NCBI GenBank assembly: GCA_004321885.1
Contig: SCQK01000004.1
Span: 1-64,000 of the forward strand
Direction: 5' to 3'
Length of the DNA: 64,000 nt
DNA from: Patescibacteria group bacterium
Lineage (GTDB): Bacteria; Patescibacteriota; Patescibacteriia; Magasanikbacterales; GWA2-37-8
The position numbers and the translations under genes were made by a program. The notes below the pieces were generated by a model. That model saw nothing but the letters and a program-made list of their open reading frames with translations. It was not told the DNA's origin and did not search any database. This document shows positions 29,626-38,470 of the stretch, piece by piece. Each line of letters starts with the position of its first letter. Position 1 is the stretch's first letter.

Positions 29626-31128
29626 TCACAATGTTTTGTCTTTCCCCCATGGCAGACAGTCGGTTTTATCCGCCCACCCAAGCACTGATGACATAATCGT
29701 GCCAGCCGTTGCATTATCAATCGCCGGAAATTCGCCTCTATCTATTTTTATATCGCAAAGATAACCTCTTTTTAACTCATCCACGGTTATTAAATATTTT
29801 TTTATTAATGGAAGTACGCCATTAAGGAGTTTAAGCTCGCTATACGAATAAATATAGGAACACGAACAGCGGGCATCCTTGGCGCCTTTGCAATTGTCGT
29901 TTCCCGCGTTCACCAAGGCTTTTGATAAATTCACGCTGCACGAATGCGACCCGGGTCCGGCCTGCCCCACAGCCATCCAATCATCTATGCCCCAAGAAAA
30001 AGGCATTCCTTCCATGAATCTGCCGGTGGCGCCTGACTCGTCGTTCACTTCCACCCCCAGATAAAAACCAACCGGGTCAGCCCCATTTTTACAGATTTTT
30101 TCCACATTTTTCACGGGGAAAATATATGACCTACCTTTTTCATCAACATCTATCTTATCGCCAACCTGCAACAAATTTTTGGCCGTGCCCCCGCTCTCCG
30201 GGTCCTCACAAATAGCTATTAATATTGCGTCGTTATTATTATCCACCACCGGCGCCCCGGCGAGCCCGAGGGTCCCGGGAATCTTGCCGGCCAGCATGCC
30301 GTCAGCGCAGTAATTCGGCTGTTGCTTGTCGCTGGAGCCGACATCAAAGCACACTTTTCCCTTTGGGCAATAATTTCCCCAGCAAGTCGCGGCGCCGCCT
30401 TTTTCCATAAAATACCGGTTGCCGCAATAAAAATTCTTATCATTATCGCTTTCCAGTTTAAGATTGTAATCTGGTTTCTCAATCTTCACCGGCGAAACCT
30501 GGTCCTTGGCCAATGCCGCCACGGAAAATTTTGTGCCCTTGGGAGCCTCCAGACAGTACTGGGGCATGGTTGTCTGCTCTTTTATCATATACACCTGGGG
30601 CAGACGCAAATCCACTGTGGCCGGATTGATGGCGTGCAAAATAAAATACGACATGTAGGCGATGAACAGGCCGATGAGCGCGCCGAAGATGCGCTTTTTG
30701 GCGCTGGTGATGCGCTCGCTGTTTCCGCCCGAGGTTGTCCATTGCACGCCGGCGATGATAATGACAATCACCGCCAGTATGGCCGCTATCTGCAGGGCGT
30801 ACTTATAGAGCATGGCAATGAACTCGCCGACATTCTCAAAATCCTTCCGTCCGCCAAAAGCAATTTGCGTGGTGGTTTTGCCGGCCGGCAGACACATGCC
30901 CCAATCGCCCGCGCAAATCTGCGGATTTTTTACCCAGCCCTGGGCCGCGTCTTTTTTTTCGGCCCCGAATTTAATTCTGACCTGCTCGCATTCGTCTTTT
31001 TTCCAGCACAGCGGATTAAATTCAGGGATTTTACTAACGGCACTACCTTGAGCGAGAGCTGCCAAGGGGGCGACCAGGGATACGAAGAGGAAAATTAAAA
31101 ACAGAAACGCTGGTGTTTTTTTTAGCAT
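29626..31128 (-). CDS. secreted Cys-rich protein with a TrbC/VirB2-like (T4SS pilin-like) membrane domain
   Basis: Signal peptide, then ALQIAAILAVIVIIIAGVQWTTSGGNSERITSAKKRIFGALIGLFIAYMSYFILHAINP. That segment fits the two-TM pilin-like pattern common in CPR proteins. The C-terminal ~300 aa is rich in Cys. Confidence 0.6.
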   Translation of the reverse strand: MLKKTPAFLFLIFLFVSLVAPLAALAQGSAVSKIPEFNPLCWKKDECEQVRIKFGAEKKDAAQGWVKNPQICAGDWGMCLPAGKTTTQIAFGGRKDFENVGEFIAMLYKYALQIAAILAVIVIIIAGVQWTTSGGNSERITSAKKRIFGALIGLFIAYMSYFILHAINPATVDLRLPQVYMIKEQTTMPQYCLEAPKGTKFSVAALAKDQVSPVKIEKPDYNLKLESDNDKNFYCGNRYFMEKGGAATCWGNYCPKGKVCFDVGSSDKQQPNYCADGMLAGKIPGTLGLAGAPVVDNNNDAILIAICEDPESGGTAKNLLQVGDKIDVDEKGRSYIFPVKNVEKICKNGADPVGFYLGVEVNDESGATGRFMEGMPFSWGIDDWMAVGQAGPGSHSCSVNLSKALVNAGNDNCKGAKDARCSCSYIYSYSELKLLNGVLPLIKKYLITVDELKRGYLCDIKIDRGEFPAIDNATAGTIMSSVLGWADKTDCLPWGKDKTL

Positions 31129-31150
31129 AAGACTTTATAAAGAATGCTTT

Positions 31151-31250
31151 AAATTTCCAATTTCCAATCAATGTCCAATGACCAATTACCAATATCCAAT
31201 TTGGACATTTGGATTTTGGCATTGATTTGACATTGGAAATTTGTCATTTG
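31151..31250. repeat. Q-family AT-rich palindrome, copy 3
   Basis: AAATTTCCAATTTCCAATCAATGTCCAATGACCAATTACCAATATCCAATTTGGACATTTGGATTTTGGCATTGATTTGACATTGGAAATTTG. Confidence 0.8.
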
Positions 31251-31967
31251 TCATTTCGCCAACACCTTCTCCCACTCGCTCATAGGCACTACGCCTTCCA
31301 CTTTCTCGCTGTTGATAAAAAACGTGGGCGTGCCCTGCACCCCAAATCTAAATCCGTCAGCGTAATCGCGATTCACTTTCACTCCGGTCCGGCCCGAGTC
31401 CACGCATTCTTTTAATTTTTGCGCGTCCAGGTAGGCGGTATCGGCCAAAAACTTGTAATCCTCGCCGGCCAGCTCTTTACTAAACGCGTCTTGATTGGAA
31501 AACAAGGCGTCGTGCGCCTCCCAAAAACGGCCCTGCTCGGCGGCGCAGGCCGCCACTATGGCAAACTTGTTCGCGCCCGGGTGAATTGACTCGGAGGGAA
31601 AAAGCCGGACCGTTAATTTCACTTTGTATCCATATTGGGCCATCATCTGGCGCATTATGGGCGCGGCCATTTTGGAATTTGGGCACTTGAAATCCACAAA
31701 CTCCACAATGGAAATTTTGGCATTGGGATTGCCCAAAAACAGCCCGCCCCCTTCTAACTCGGCTCGGCCCGGCTTGGCCGCGGCGAGCGGCGTTTTTATG
31801 GACCGGTCAAAATTTCCGTAAAATGTCTGCCGCAGTTTCAGCCCCTCGCCATTTTTTATCTGCCGCCAGTACCCAATGGTATAAAAAACAAAAAGCGCCA
31901 AAAACAGCGCCAGCAAAGCGCCCAGCCCCAAAATCACGATAGCCCACCAGTGGTGATACCAACGCAT
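31251..31967 (-). CDS. DsbA-like thioredoxin-fold protein, membrane anchored
   Basis: N-terminal TM segment, IVEFVDFKCPNSK (CxxS active-site-like) and GTPTFFIN. Start placed at ATG 31967; the track start reads through a Q repeat. Confidence 0.75.
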   Translation of the reverse strand: MRWYHHWWAIVILGLGALLALFLALFVFYTIGYWRQIKNGEGLKLRQTFYGNFDRSIKTPLAAAKPGRAELEGGGLFLGNPNAKISIVEFVDFKCPNSKMAAPIMRQMMAQYGYKVKLTVRLFPSESIHPGANKFAIVAACAAEQGRFWEAHDALFSNQDAFSKELAGEDYKFLADTAYLDAQKLKECVDSGRTGVKVNRDYADGFRFGVQGTPTFFINSEKVEGVVPMSEWEKVLAK

Positions 31968-31971
31968 ATGT

Positions 31972-32092
31972 TGAAATGACCAATTACCAATAACCAATTT
32001 CCAATCAAATCCAAATGCCAAATAACAAACTTGGACATTTTAACTTTGACATTAGGAATTGATTTGATATTAGAAATTTGGATTTTGGCATT
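31972..32092. repeat. Q-family AT-rich palindrome, copy 4
   Basis: Same unit composition as copy 3. Copies 3 and 4 bracket the DsbA-like gene. Confidence 0.8.
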
Positions 32093-32169
32093 TACCGGAT
32101 TGTTATATTCTATCATAAATAGTTGACATTTGCCATAAGATATGGTAAAGTATCTCTACCCTAAAAAGT

Positions 32170-32388
32170 ATGTCTTCCCCTGTCTTCAATATCATCCAAG
32201 TGATTTTGGCCGCTTTGCTGGTGGCGGTTATTCTTTTACAACAAAAAGGTTCCGGCCTGTCGGGTGTGTTCGGCGGCTCTTCCAATATCTACAGCACCAA
32301 AAGGGGCGTGGACAAGATTCTGCATTATTCCACCATCGTCATCTCTTCACTTTTTTTCCTGGTCTCGCTGGCGAGACTCACCTTCTAA
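32170..32388 (+). CDS. secG: preprotein translocase subunit SecG
   Basis: 72 aa, VILAALLVAVILLQQKGSGLSGVFGG, with two TM segments. Confidence 0.85.
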   Translation: MSSPVFNIIQVILAALLVAVILLQQKGSGLSGVFGGSSNIYSTKRGVDKILHYSTIVISSLFFLVSLARLTF

Positions 32389-32401
32389 ATACCTTTCTAA
32401 A

Positions 32402-34315
32402 ATGAGTTGGAAATCTACCAAAGATTTTGATAAAAAATTGGTCAACAAAATCAATGCCGCTTTTTGGCCGAGCCGCGCCCAATTCAAATACATTGGCCGG
32501 TTCTTAAATCCGGCCGAGCGCAAAATTATCCGCGCCAGCATTTTTCTCATCGTCCTTTCGGTAGTCGTGCTGGGCGTGTCGTTTTTCATGGCCAACGCGG
32601 TGGCGGTGCCAGCCGAGGGCGGGGCGTACAGCGAAGCGCTCGTGGGCCAGCCCAAGCTGGTCAATCCGCTTTTCACGGCCGCGAGCGACGTGGACGCGGA
32701 CCTGGCCTACCTGATTTATTCCGGCTTGTTCAAGATAGAAGGGCAAAAACCGATTCCAGACCTCGCCAAATCCTACACGGTCAGTAAAGACGGCTTAAAA
32801 TACGACATTGCCTTGCGCGACGACGCGCAGTGGTCCGACGGCGAACCCTTCACGGCCAGCGACGTACTCTATACTTTTGAAATGATTACCGACCCCGAGG
32901 TGGACAGTCCCCTTCTGCCGTCTTTTGCCGGGGCCGGTGTGGAGCAAATTGACGACTATACTGTTCGCTTTACCCTAAAAGAACCATACGCCCCGTTTTT
33001 AAGCGCTTTGGCCGCGGGCATTCTGCCCCAGCACTACTGGTCCGACATCCAGCCGGCTAGCCTCAAGCTGGCGCGCAACAATTTACAGCCCATTGGCACG
33101 GGCCCGTGGCAGTTTTCCAAGCTGACCAAAGACGAAATCGGCAACATCCAAACCTATTCCCTGTCGCGCAACGAGAATTATTACGGCCAAAAACCCTATC
33201 TCAAAAATTTGGTTTTCAAATTTTACGCGGACCAAATTCAGGCGCTCGGCGCCCTGAAAAGCCAGGAAGCGGACGCGCTGGCCTTTATTCCAAAAAGCGC
33301 CAAAGACAAAGTGCCGGGCAAGGTCTATAATTTTTACAGTTTCAAATTGCCCCAGTACACGGCGCTGTTTTTAAACCAGGAACAGAACGGGGCTCTAACA
33401 GACAACGATTTGCGCGAGGCCCTGGACCTGGCCATAGACAAAGACGCGCTCTTGCGCGAGGCGCTTGGCGGGGCGGCTGAGCCGGCGAGCTCACCGTTTT
33501 TGCCGGGCACGACCGGGTACAACAGCGAAATAAAATATCCGGCGTGGAGCCGCGACGAGGCGAACAAAAAACTGGATAAAAAATGGAAAAGAATCCAGCC
33601 CGAACAATATTTCAAAACCCAATACGAAAAGGCCCTTAAAGACAGACAGGAGGAGATTGACCGAATTAAAAACAGCACCTCCACCCCCGATGCCACCTCC
33701 ACCATCAAATTGATAGAGGAAGAGGCGGCCAGCGCCATAAGAGAGGAGATGCAGGCAGACCAGCCATACTACCGCAAAGACAAGGACGACAATATTTTGG
33801 CTCTGGTTATTACCACGGCCGATACGCCGGAATACAAAGAGGCGGGAGAATTCGTGGCCAGAATGTGGCGGGCCGTGGGAGCGCAAACCAGCGTGCGCCT
33901 GGCCAGCAGTCTGGAACTGACCAAAGATATTTTGAAAACCCGCGACTATCAAATCCTGCTTTACGGCGAAATCGTGGGCAGCGACCCGGACCCGTATCCG
34001 TTTTGGCATTCCTCGCAGACCAGCTACCCGGGGCTGAACCTGGCGCTTTTCGCGGATAGAAACGCGGACAAAATTCTGGAAGAGGCGCGGGGCAAGGCCG
34101 AGCCGGAAAAACGGGTTGAGCTTTACAAAAAATTCCAGGAGATTCTATTCAAAGAAAAACCGGCCATATTCCTTTACGCTCCCACCTACGAGCTGGCCGC
34201 GAATAAAAATATAAGAGGAATTTCCCTAAACCAGATTTCCAATCCGCCGGAACGATTCGCGGATTTAAAAAATTGGTACGTGAAAATGAAAAGGAAGTGG
34301 AAGTTTGGAAAATAA
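32402..34315 (+). CDS. ABC transporter substrate-binding protein, family 5 (peptide/nickel type), membrane anchored
   Basis: N-terminal TM segment, then LVGQPKLVNPLF..DADLAYLIYSGLF..YDIALRDDAQWSDGEPFTASDVLYTFE, which is SBP_bac_5-like. Start placed at ATG 32402; the track start overlaps secG. Confidence 0.8.
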   Translation: MSWKSTKDFDKKLVNKINAAFWPSRAQFKYIGRFLNPAERKIIRASIFLIVLSVVVLGVSFFMANAVAVPAEGGAYSEALVGQPKLVNPLFTAASDVDADLAYLIYSGLFKIEGQKPIPDLAKSYTVSKDGLKYDIALRDDAQWSDGEPFTASDVLYTFEMITDPEVDSPLLPSFAGAGVEQIDDYTVRFTLKEPYAPFLSALAAGILPQHYWSDIQPASLKLARNNLQPIGTGPWQFSKLTKDEIGNIQTYSLSRNENYYGQKPYLKNLVFKFYADQIQALGALKSQEADALAFIPKSAKDKVPGKVYNFYSFKLPQYTALFLNQEQNGALTDNDLREALDLAIDKDALLREALGGAAEPASSPFLPGTTGYNSEIKYPAWSRDEANKKLDKKWKRIQPEQYFKTQYEKALKDRQEEIDRIKNSTSTPDATSTIKLIEEEAASAIREEMQADQPYYRKDKDDNILALVITTADTPEYKEAGEFVARMWRAVGAQTSVRLASSLELTKDILKTRDYQILLYGEIVGSDPDPYPFWHSSQTSYPGLNLALFADRNADKILEEARGKAEPEKRVELYKKFQEILFKEKPAIFLYAPTYELAANKNIRGISLNQISNPPERFADLKNWYVKMKRKWKFGK

Positions 34316-34320
34316 TCCAC

Positions 34321-34404
34321 GCCGGGGTGGTGAAATTGGTAGACACGCTAGCTTCAGGAGCTAGTTCTCGCAAGGGAATGGAGGTTCGAGTCCTCTCCCC
34401 GGCA
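34321..34404 (+). tRNA. tRNA-Leu, anticodon CAG
   Basis: GCCGGGG TG GTGAAATTGGTAGACAC, anticodon arm CTAGC-TTCAGGA-GCTAG, long variable arm, T arm GGAGG-TTCGAGT-CCTCT, CCCCGGC A. No encoded CCA. Confidence 0.9.
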
Positions 34405-34543
34405 CAACTTGGAGGTTCGTCCGGTCATACGACCGGACGCCCAGTCAAATGACTGGGCGAGTCCCTCCTTGCCCACGTCTTTTTCCTCCCCTTGTTAAGG
34501 GGAGGATTAAGGAGGGGTATTCTTAATTATTAAAGAGAAATAT

Positions 34544-36358
34544 ATGATTAGACAACATTCACGAGGACGGCATCAGCGCGCGCGACGCGCCTATAACACG
34601 CCGCCCAAAGAAGCGCCGGCGCAAAGCGCGAACGGCAAGCCAAATATTATCCGGCCCATCTACCAAAAGCCGTCGTTTTCGCGTTTCAAAAACGATGATT
34701 TGAAACTAAAAATCGCGGTCTTGGGCGGGCTGGAAGAAGTGGGTCGCAACTGCACTTTATTTGAATACGACGGCGATATTATTTTGGTTGACATGGGCCT
34801 GCAATTCCCCGAAGAAGATATGCCCGGCATTGATTACATCATTCCCAACATCGGCTATCTGAAAGGCAAGGAAAAAAATATCCGCGGGGTGATTATCACC
34901 CACGCTCACTACGACCACATCGGCGGCATACCCCACCTGATTCCGGCTCTCGGCTATCCCCCGATTTACGGCCTGCCGCTGACGAACGCCATCATCAAAA
35001 AGCGCCAGGAGGATTACCGTGGCCTGCGGCCGCTAAACATTCATAATATAAATGTGGCTGATAAGTTGCAATTAGGAAATTTTGAACTGGAATTTTTTCA
35101 CCTGAACCACAACATCCCCGATTCCATGGGCGTGGTGATTCGCACTCCAGAAGGCGTAGTGGTGCACACCGGCGACTGGAAATTTGACTACCAACCGGCC
35201 GGCGAACAGCCCGCGGACTTGCAAAGAATAGCGTCCATCGGCAGTCAGGGCGTGCTGGCGCTTTTGTCCGACAGCACCAATGCCTCGTCCCCGGGCCACC
35301 AGATCTCCGAGTCCGAAATCCGCACCAATCTGGATGACATCATTGCCAAGGCCCCGGGCCGCATAATCATCGGCACTTTTTCTTCGCTCTTGTCGCGCAT
35401 CAAGCAGATTATTGAAATCTCCGAAAAACTGGGCAAGGTGGTGGCCCTGGACGGCTTTAGCATGAAAAGCAACGTGGCCATTGCCAAAGAACTAAACTAC
35501 ATGCGATTCAGTCCCAAGACCTTGATTGACCTAAACCGCACGCGCGATTACCCGGACAACAAGGTGGTCATCGTGTGTACTGGCGCCCAGGGAGAAAAAA
35601 ACGCTTCCCTAATGCGTATTGCCAGCGGCGAGCACCGCTTGATAGAACTGACGCCCGGGGATACGGTGGTGTTTTCTTCTTCGGTTATCCCGGGCAACGA
35701 GCGCACTGTTCAGCGCCTCAAAGACACTCTTTTTCGCAAAGGCGCCGAGGTGATTCATTACCAGATGATGGACGTGCACGCCGGCGGGCACGCCAAGGCC
35801 GATGACGTGAAGCTAATGATACGCCTGCTTTCGCCCAAGTATTTTATTCCCATTGAAGGCAACCACTTTTTATTGCACTACAACGCCAAGGTGGCTGAAA
35901 GCATGGGCTTTCCCAAAGAAAATATTTTTATCGCCGACAACGGGCAAGTAATGGAATTTTTCCGCGGCGCCGGCCAGCTCACCAGAACCAAACTGCCGGC
36001 CGATTACGTGTTCGTGGACGGCCTGGGCGTGAGCGATGAAACCAACATTGTTTTGCGCGACCGGCAAGTCCTGGCCGAAGACGGCATGATTGTGGTGATA
36101 GCCACCGTGGACAGCAAAACCGGCAAGCTGGTGCAAAACCCGGATATTATTTCGCGCGGGTTTGTGTTTTTGAAAGAAAACAAGGAGCTGATAGAAGACC
36201 TGCGCCACCGCGTAAAAAAGCTGGTTACCGACAGCGACCCGCTTTCCTGGGCCGACACCAACAACATCCGCAACAAAATCCGCGACTATGTGGGACAATT
36301 TCTGTTTTCCAAAACCGAAAAACGCCCCATGGTGCTTCCAGTGGTGATAGAGGTATAA
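34544..36358 (+). CDS. rnj: ribonuclease J
   Basis: Metallo-beta-lactamase HAHYDHIGG, a beta-CASP region and typical RNase J length (604 aa). Confidence 0.9.
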   Translation: MIRQHSRGRHQRARRAYNTPPKEAPAQSANGKPNIIRPIYQKPSFSRFKNDDLKLKIAVLGGLEEVGRNCTLFEYDGDIILVDMGLQFPEEDMPGIDYIIPNIGYLKGKEKNIRGVIITHAHYDHIGGIPHLIPALGYPPIYGLPLTNAIIKKRQEDYRGLRPLNIHNINVADKLQLGNFELEFFHLNHNIPDSMGVVIRTPEGVVVHTGDWKFDYQPAGEQPADLQRIASIGSQGVLALLSDSTNASSPGHQISESEIRTNLDDIIAKAPGRIIIGTFSSLLSRIKQIIEISEKLGKVVALDGFSMKSNVAIAKELNYMRFSPKTLIDLNRTRDYPDNKVVIVCTGAQGEKNASLMRIASGEHRLIELTPGDTVVFSSSVIPGNERTVQRLKDTLFRKGAEVIHYQMMDVHAGGHAKADDVKLMIRLLSPKYFIPIEGNHFLLHYNAKVAESMGFPKENIFIADNGQVMEFFRGAGQLTRTKLPADYVFVDGLGVSDETNIVLRDRQVLAEDGMIVVIATVDSKTGKLVQNPDIISRGFVFLKENKELIEDLRHRVKKLVTDSDPLSWADTNNIRNKIRDYVGQFLFSKTEKRPMVLPVVIEV

Positions 36359-36365
36359 ATAATCG

Positions 36366-36535
36366 CTGGCTCCATAGTCCCCGACTAAGTCGGGGCTGTG
36401 GAGCCGTATTGCAAACTGGCTCCACACAGAGTATGGAGCCAGCGGGTGTAGAAAATCGCTGGCTCCATAGTCCCCGACTAAGTCGGGGCTGTGGAGCCGT
36501 ATTGCAAACTGGCTCCACACAGAGTATGGGGTCAG
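36366..36535. repeat. R-family repeats, copies 5 and 6 in tandem (inverted relative to copies 1-4)
   Basis: Two units (36366-36442 and 36459-36535) of CTGGCTCCATAGTCCCCGACTAAGTCGGGGCTGTGGAGCCGTATTGCAAACTGGCTCCACACAGAGTATGGAGCCAG, between the convergent rnj and ldh. Confidence 0.85.
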
Positions 36536-36553
36536 CGAGCAAAGGGAGGGGTT

Positions 36554-37474
36554 TTACAAATACTTCTTTACTGCTTCAGCGGATTTTTTGAACTTCTTTT
36601 GCTCAACCGAAGGCAATTTCAACGGCCAAATTTTCACAATCCCCTTTCGGCCCAGCACCGCCGGAACGCCCAGACAGACACCGCTGACACCGTTCCAGCC
36701 GTTCAGACGCACCGAGAGGGGTAAAATTTTATTTTGATCATAAAGCACCGCTTCTATAATATCCGCCACCGTCAAGGCGATGCCGTAAAAAGTGGCGCCT
36801 TTGCGGTTGATGATTTCATAGGCCTCATTTTTTACCTTTTCCGCGATTTTATCCAGCTCTTTGGTCTTGATGAAATTGGTCACCGGCGCGCCGCCGATCG
36901 TTACCGTTGACCAGGCCGCGAATTCGCTGTCGCCGTGCTCGCCGAGCACAAAGCCGCTCACGCTGTGCGCGTTCACTTTCAATCTGACGGCCAGCGCGTG
37001 CCGCAGGCGCGCCGTATCCAGCGCCGTGCCCGTGCCAAACACCTGGGCGCGCGGCAAACCCGAAACTTTTTGCGCGACGTGGGTCAGCACGTCCACCGGA
37101 TTGCTTATCATTATTACAATCGCGCTCGGCTTGATTTTGCCGATGGATTTGAAAATGGATTTTATCACCGCGCGATTTTTCTTCACCAAATCCAGGCGCG
37201 TTTCCCCGGGCTTTTGCGCCAGCCCGGCCGTGACTACGATGATATCGGCATCGGCCGCGTCTTTGAAATCCGCGCCCTTCACATTGCCGGTTTCCACGAA
37301 AGACAAACCGTCGGCGATGTCCATTACTTCGCCTTTTTCTTTTTTCTCGTTCAAATCAATCAAGAGCACCTCCGAGGCCAAATTTTTGACCATGTCCGTG
37401 TAGGCCACGGTGGAGCCCACGGCCCCGGCGCCGATAACCGCGATTTTTTGCGCGGGGTATTTTTTGTCAGGCAT
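36554..37474 (-). CDS. ldh: L-lactate dehydrogenase
   Basis: KIAVIGAGAVGSTVAY, AGLAQKPGETRLDL (Gln at the LDH/MDH discriminating position) and GEHGDS. Confidence 0.85.
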   Translation of the reverse strand: MPDKKYPAQKIAVIGAGAVGSTVAYTDMVKNLASEVLLIDLNEKKEKGEVMDIADGLSFVETGNVKGADFKDAADADIIVVTAGLAQKPGETRLDLVKKNRAVIKSIFKSIGKIKPSAIVIMISNPVDVLTHVAQKVSGLPRAQVFGTGTALDTARLRHALAVRLKVNAHSVSGFVLGEHGDSEFAAWSTVTIGGAPVTNFIKTKELDKIAEKVKNEAYEIINRKGATFYGIALTVADIIEAVLYDQNKILPLSVRLNGWNGVSGVCLGVPAVLGRKGIVKIWPLKLPSVEQKKFKKSAEAVKKYL

Positions 37475-37488
37475 AATAATAAATTATT

Positions 37489-37884
37489 TTATTCTTTCAA
37501 GTCCTTCATCAGCGAACTGGCCGGACTAACTTCGCCCGCAGGCATTGGCATAAGCTCAAAATAATTGTCCGCTGAACCTGCTTCGCGGACCAACAATACG
37601 TTAAAACGCGCTTTGCCTTCTTCTGTCTGCAAAACAAAATCACCGATTTCTTGAGGCACAACTGCGTGGGTTAGGATACTGCTTGTTTGCGGGCCGCTCT
37701 TTTCTTTGGTTAAATCAAAGAGCCCTTGTAAAACCTCAACGGCCTCCTCGCGAGGCAAAGTCCTGCCTTTTGTTTCAACCGCGAGCGCGTTTATGGCCAT
37801 CTTGACCTCGGCCATTAAAGCCCGGCGCCGCTTTTCCTCCTTGTCTCCTTCCCTATCCCCTTTGCCTTCATTAAACTCTGTCAT
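37489..37884 (-). CDS. hypothetical protein
   Basis: 131-aa ORF with an acidic N-terminus and no motif recognised. Confidence 0.5.
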   Translation of the reverse strand: MTEFNEGKGDREGDKEEKRRRALMAEVKMAINALAVETKGRTLPREEAVEVLQGLFDLTKEKSGPQTSSILTHAVVPQEIGDFVLQTEEGKARFNVLLVREAGSADNYFELMPMPAGEVSPASSLMKDLKE

Positions 37885-37949
37885 ACATAAATTTCAAATC
37901 TCCTTTTTAGATAGTATAGCAAACAAAAACGCCCCTGTTAAGGGGGCGT

Positions 37950-38410
37950 TTGTGGTTCATGGTTATAAGCCGAATTTTGTACCCCGACGTTACGTCGGGG
38001 CGATGTTCATTTCTCTGGTCTTGACATTGCTGTCAAAATCTTAGCGAGCGAACTTTTTATCCCGACTAAGTCGGGACTCTGCTCTTGCGCCAGACAGGGC
38101 TTGGCACTCTTCGACGTTGCCGCCGAAGGGAGTATGGTAGCTTTGGTCTCGAGAACCACAACTCCCATACACTTTTCACCTTTGACGAACCCCGACTAAG
38201 TCGGGGTGAACGTCCGCCTGTGGCGGACTCTCATGAATCGCTAGTATTGTCTCTGTGCCGCTTTCCCTACGCCGACGTTGCCGCCGACGTGGCGGGTGTT
38301 ACCCGTTGCCTTTTTCTTTACCGGCTAGTTCCGCTAAGGGCGGACAGACGGAAAGGGCGTTCGGACTTTCCTTCCCGACTAAGTCGGGACGAACATCTGC
38401 CACGAACTGA
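37950..38410 (-). ncRNA. rnpB: RNase P RNA (bacterial type A-like)
   Basis: Minus strand contains GGAAGGAAAGTCCGAACGCC (P4 5' strand), ACAGAGACAA, GGTGAAAAGT and ACAAAATTCGGCTTATAACC (P4 3' strand). P1 pairs GTTCGTGG (plus 38400-38407) with CCATGAAC (plus 37955-37962). Terminator ACAAACGCCCCCTTAACAGGGGCGTTTTTG follows. Ends are approximate. Confidence 0.8.
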
Positions 38411-38470
38411 TTAAATGTAGCACAAAAACGCCGACTTGTCAAGACAGCTAAAAAAGAGTAAAATGGCAGT

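Noticed and set aside
36366-36535. Possible CRISPR array, given two identical ~77-bp units 16 bp apart.
   Set aside because: There are only two units. Each is an internally nested palindrome identical to dispersed R-family copies. There is no spacer-like unique sequence of appropriate length and no cas genes.
35870-36542. Minus-strand ORFs of 216 aa and 105 aa overlapping the 3' end of rnj and the tandem R repeats.
   Set aside because: They lie antisense to the well-supported RNase J frame and are then read through repeat units, producing duplicated peptide segments. No independent support.
38085-38414. 109-aa plus-strand ORF.
   Set aside because: It lies entirely within the RNase P RNA gene on the opposite strand and is built from its repeat hairpins.
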